Assembly (NCBI GenBank): GCA_044224875.1
Contig: JBGAJQ010000032.1
Coordinates: 1 to 57,436, forward strand
Source: Gemmatimonadaceae bacterium
Lineage (GTDB): Bacteria > Gemmatimonadota > Gemmatimonadetes > Gemmatimonadales > Gemmatimonadaceae
DNA length: 57,436 nt
Reading direction: 5' to 3'
Below are positions 53,950-57,436 of this stretch, piece by piece (within the stretch, counting starts at the first letter, position 1; the number at the start of each line of letters is the position of its first letter). The position numbers and the translations under genes were made by a program. Under the pieces are notes generated by a model. That model saw nothing but the letters and a program-made list of their open reading frames with translations, was not told where the DNA came from and did not search any database.

Positions 53950-54687
53950 GTGGTTCCTGCCCTCTCTCTCCGCGCCGTCACCAAGCGATACCGGTCTCCA
54001 TCACTCGGAGTCCTGGCACCGGTCACGATCCTGGACGACATCAGCTTCGACGTATCGCTCGGCGAAATCGTGGTCGTTGCCGGGCCGCGGGGAGCAGGGA
54101 AAACAACGCTGGTGCGCTGTGCGGGCGGCGTGTCGCGGCCAACTTTTGGTCGCGTCTCATGGTTAGGCACGGACTGCAGACTGCTCAGCACAACGCCAGG
54201 CGCGGCCATCGTTGGTGAAACGCCACTCAGCCCCACTTCCCTCACGGTCGAAGACGCTTTGCGGTACCACTGTGCCATGCGCGATGTGGACATCCCCGGC
54301 GGTGGGACACGACTCAGGGACATCACGGAGCGCGTGGGGCTCCAGACACTCCGTCGCGCGACGGTCAACGCGCTGGCACCATTAGCCCTCAGGCGCGTGG
54401 CGCTCGCCGAAGCGCTGGCCGTCGATGCCCGGGTGTTGCTGCTGGATGAGACCGCGACCGGGCTTTGCCCTTCGGCGTCTGAACACTTTGGGGCCCTGTT
54501 GCGCTCCCTGGCTCAGGAAGGCCGAGGGATCCTGGTGGCTTCACGCGAGCGGGGCGTGCTGCCGCGCCTTCGCATTCGGCGGTTTACCCTCCTGAGTGGG
54601 AGGCTCATCGGCGGAGAGTCTGGGACTTCGCTCTGGACGCCGAACGAACCGCGGACGACAATGGATCGCCGGAGGCGAATGCCCTGA
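53950..54687 (+). CDS. Degenerate ABC ATP-binding protein
   Basis: GPRGAGKT Walker A and LLLDE Walker B; signature and H-loop degenerate; start uncertain (53923 or 53950). Confidence 0.7.
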   Translation: MVPALSLRAVTKRYRSPSLGVLAPVTILDDISFDVSLGEIVVVAGPRGAGKTTLVRCAGGVSRPTFGRVSWLGTDCRLLSTTPGAAIVGETPLSPTSLTVEDALRYHCAMRDVDIPGGGTRLRDITERVGLQTLRRATVNALAPLALRRVALAEALAVDARVLLLDETATGLCPSASEHFGALLRSLAQEGRGILVASRERGVLPRLRIRRFTLLSGRLIGGESGTSLWTPNEPRTTMDRRRRMP

Positions 54688-54705
54688 CCCCATCGCAACC
54701 CAGCC

Positions 54706-56049
54706 GTGATCTTCGAGCCGGAAGTTGAAACTGCCCCGCGTGCGCAACTGAAAGCGCTCCAGTCCGAACGCCTTCGGCAGCTCGTCCAGCGTGTTCACGG
54801 ACGCGTCCCGATGTACCGCAATCGGCTGGACGCCGCCGGAGTTCGACCAGAGAGCATTCGCGACGTGGATGACCTTCCTCGGTTACCGGTCACGCGCAAG
54901 TCAGATCTGCGCGACAACTACCCACTCGGCTTGTTGGCCGTCCCGCGTCAGGATCTCATTCGCATTCACGCGTCCTCAGGTACAACGGGGAAGCCCACGG
55001 TCGTGGCCTACACTGCAGGCGATGTCGAACTGTTCGCGCGTGTTTGCGCCCGGTCGCTCGCCATGGCCGGCGGTGTACCGGGCATGATGCTGCACAACGC
55101 GTACGGGTACGGATTGTTCACGGGAGGTCTTGGACTGCACTACGGTGGTGAGCGGCTGGGCCTCACGGTTGTCCCCGTCTCAGGCGGAATGACGGAACGA
55201 CAGATCACGCTCATCATGGACCTTCGACCGGATCTGATCTCCTGCACGCCGAGTTACGCGCTGACGCTCACCGCGGAGTTCAAGAAGCGCGGGATTGCTC
55301 CGTCGGCGATTTCGCTCCAGTACGCGGTGCTGGGCGCGGAGCCCTGGACAGACGCAATGCGTGCACAGATCGACAGCGGCTTGGGAGTGCGCAGCACCAA
55401 CATCTACGGACTCTCTGAGATCATAGGACCGGGAGTGTGCAACGAATGCGTGGAAGTCCGAGAAGGATCTCACATCAATGAAGATCACTTTTTCCCGGAG
55501 ATCCTCGATCCAGTGACTGAAGAGGTGCTTCCAGAGGGTGCCGAGGGCGTCCTGGTGCTGACCACCCTCACGAAGGAGGCGCTCCCGCTGCTGAGGTATT
55601 GGACGGGAGACATCACCAGCCTCACGCGCGAGCCATGCGCGTGCGGCCGCACGCTCACCCGGATGCAACTCATTCGCGGCCGCACGGATGACATGCTCAT
55701 CATTCGCGGTGTGAACGTGTACCCGAGCCAGGTCGAGAGCGTTCTGGGAAAGGTGCCGGAGTTGTCCCCGCACTACCGACTCATCGTCTCGCGTGACGGC
55801 ACCTTGGACGACATCGAGGTTCAAGCCGAAGTCGATGAGGCGTTCTTCCGGGAGGTCGGGCGAGAGACGCTGTCGGCCGAGATCGTGGGGGCCGACCACC
55901 GTCTCCAAGGTGTTCGCTCGCGCATAGGGCGACTCATACACGACACCATCGGCGTTTCAATGAAGGTGACGCTGCTGGCGCCCGGGGACGCGCCGCGATC
56001 GGAGGGAGGGAAGCTCAATCGGGTGGTTGATCGCAGGGCACGCGGCTAG
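54706..56049 (+). CDS. paaK: Phenylacetate-CoA ligase
   Basis: RIHASSGTTGKP, YGYGLFTGGLG, IYGLSEI and GRTDDMLIIRGVNVYP. Confidence 0.92.
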   Translation: MIFEPEVETAPRAQLKALQSERLRQLVQRVHGRVPMYRNRLDAAGVRPESIRDVDDLPRLPVTRKSDLRDNYPLGLLAVPRQDLIRIHASSGTTGKPTVVAYTAGDVELFARVCARSLAMAGGVPGMMLHNAYGYGLFTGGLGLHYGGERLGLTVVPVSGGMTERQITLIMDLRPDLISCTPSYALTLTAEFKKRGIAPSAISLQYAVLGAEPWTDAMRAQIDSGLGVRSTNIYGLSEIIGPGVCNECVEVREGSHINEDHFFPEILDPVTEEVLPEGAEGVLVLTTLTKEALPLLRYWTGDITSLTREPCACGRTLTRMQLIRGRTDDMLIIRGVNVYPSQVESVLGKVPELSPHYRLIVSRDGTLDDIEVQAEVDEAFFREVGRETLSAEIVGADHRLQGVRSRIGRLIHDTIGVSMKVTLLAPGDAPRSEGGKLNRVVDRRARG

Positions 56050-56241
56050 CGGGATGTGGCGGCACACGCATTGGCGTGGGAACGCAAAGCGGGCTTTCGT
56101 TGGCGAGAGCATTGCTCGCGCGCCAGAAGACGTCAGCTATGTGTGAAGCCGCGCATGCGAGGGGCGGTGCCTCGCTGTTGCTCGTTAGGATCGTTGCTGG
56201 CGCTTGACGGGCGAAGTCGCGCCGACTTGCGTTCCTGAACC

Positions 56242-57436
56242 ATGCCCGAATTCCGACTCTATAACTCACTTACGCGCTCCGTCGAGCCTTTCGCTCCAGC
56301 GGACGGAAATACCGCGCGGATTTACTCATGCGGGCCAACGGTCTATGACCCCGCGCATATCGGAAATTTCAGGACCTTCCTGTTCAATGACCTGCTGCGT
56401 CGCGGGCTCCGATTGCACGGTTGGAAGGTCGTTCAGGTACAAAACCTGACCGACGTTGACGACAAGATCATCAAGCGCGCATTCGAGCAAGGAAAGACGA
56501 TCACTCAGGTGACGGAGCCAATCACCGAGATCTTCCACATGGATCGGCGCTACCTCCGAATAGAAGACGCCGAGTTTTATCCGAAGGCGACTACGCACAT
56601 TCCGGAGATGATTTCGCTTGTCGAGCAATTGCTCGCCAAGGGGGTGGCGTACCTCGCGGATGACGGATCTGTCTATTTCGGCATCGACCGGTTCCCTCAG
56701 TACGGTCGTCTGTCGCGCCTGGACACGCGGGAGATCAAGAGTGGCGCGCGGGTGGCGCAGGACGACTACTCGAAGGAGAACGCGCAGGACTTCGCCCTAT
56801 GGAAGGCGGCAAAGCCCGAAGACGAGGCAACCGGCGCCGCCTGGGACGCACCGTTCGGACGCGGCCGGCCGGGGTGGCATCTCGAGTGCTCGGCGATGGC
56901 CATGAAGTACCTTGGCGAAACGCTCGACATCCATTGTGGTGGAATCGACCTGGTATTCCCGCACCACGAGGACGAGATCGCCCAGTCGGAGGCGGCTACT
57001 GGCAAGACGTTCTCCCGGTTCTGGTGCCACGGCGAGTTCCTCCAGATCGACGGGACCAAGATGTCCAAGCGGTTGGGGAACATCACGACGGTGAAGGACC
57101 TGCGGGAGCGAGGGGTATCGGCGGCGGCCCTTCGACACTTCATCTACTCCACGCACTACAGGAAGCAGATGAATTTGTCCGGCGAGGGTCTGGAAGCCTC
57201 GATGGAGGCAGTGCGCCGCGTCGGTGAGTTCGCCCATCGTCTGGCGACAGCCAATGGAGGTACGCCTGAGCTTGCTGGATTCTCTCGGGACTGCGAGGCG
57301 GCGGTTCGGGGGGCGTTGGCGGACGACCTGAATGCTCCGGAGGCCGTGGGTGCCTTGTTCACCTTCATTCAGAAAGCGAACGCCGAACTGGACCGTAAGG
57401 GCAGCGATGCCAGCGCGTTACTGGAAGCGCAGCGCG
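56242..57436 (+). CDS. cysS: Cysteine-tRNA ligase, truncated by the window end (absent from the ORF track)
   Basis: Manual translation from ATG 56242 gives MPEFRLYNS...CGPTVYDPAHIGN, TDVDDKII, DFALWK, GRPGWHLECS, HCGGIDLVFPHHE and KMSK. Confidence 0.96.
   Translation, partial: MPEFRLYNSLTRSVEPFAPADGNTARIYSCGPTVYDPAHIGNFRTFLFNDLLRRGLRLHGWKVVQVQNLTDVDDKIIKRAFEQGKTITQVTEPITEIFHMDRRYLRIEDAEFYPKATTHIPEMISLVEQLLAKGVAYLADDGSVYFGIDRFPQYGRLSRLDTREIKSGARVAQDDYSKENAQDFALWKAAKPEDEATGAAWDAPFGRGRPGWHLECSAMAMKYLGETLDIHCGGIDLVFPHHEDEIAQSEAATGKTFSRFWCHGEFLQIDGTKMSKRLGNITTVKDLRERGVSAAALRHFIYSTHYRKQMNLSGEGLEASMEAVRRVGEFAHRLATANGGTPELAGFSRDCEAAVRGALADDLNAPEAVGALFTFIQKANAELDRKGSDASALLEAQR

Overview
A GC-rich, densely coding bacterial chromosomal segment. 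Gene content and order suggest Gemmatimonadota (inference only). No rRNA, tRNA, CRISPR array, transposase or integrase was seen. Most of the window is housekeeping: aminotransferase, ligA, ferritin, thymidine phosphorylase, recF-DUF721-gyrB, mtnA, uvrA, sdaAB-sdaAA, pspA, paaK and a partial cysS. The most notable locus is at 0.5-10 kb, a same-strand cluster encoding all four parts of the archaeal-type DNA end-resection machine (NurA, HerA, Mre11/SbcD, Rad50/SbcC). It is extended by a tandem DUF2283-like protein, a stand-alone Lrp/AsnC ligand-binding domain, an exported beta-rich protein and a translationally coupled GNAT acetyltransferase, and is preceded by two coupled mini-ORFs. Other highlights: an ~200-nt structured RNA with its own promoter and terminator (probable 6S RNA) upstream of a BH4-type PTPS/SDR pair; a BlaI/M56 module with twin operators and an exact 34-aa 'SDYE' repeat array; ~50-bp-periodic copies of the gyrB 3' end; a transglutaminase-like protein lacking its catalytic Cys, coupled to an ABC exporter; and a terminator-like hairpin directly in front of a ferritin-ligA-V4R operon. 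Start codons were often re-chosen by eye from the ORF track, and family assignments come from motif recognition, not database searches.
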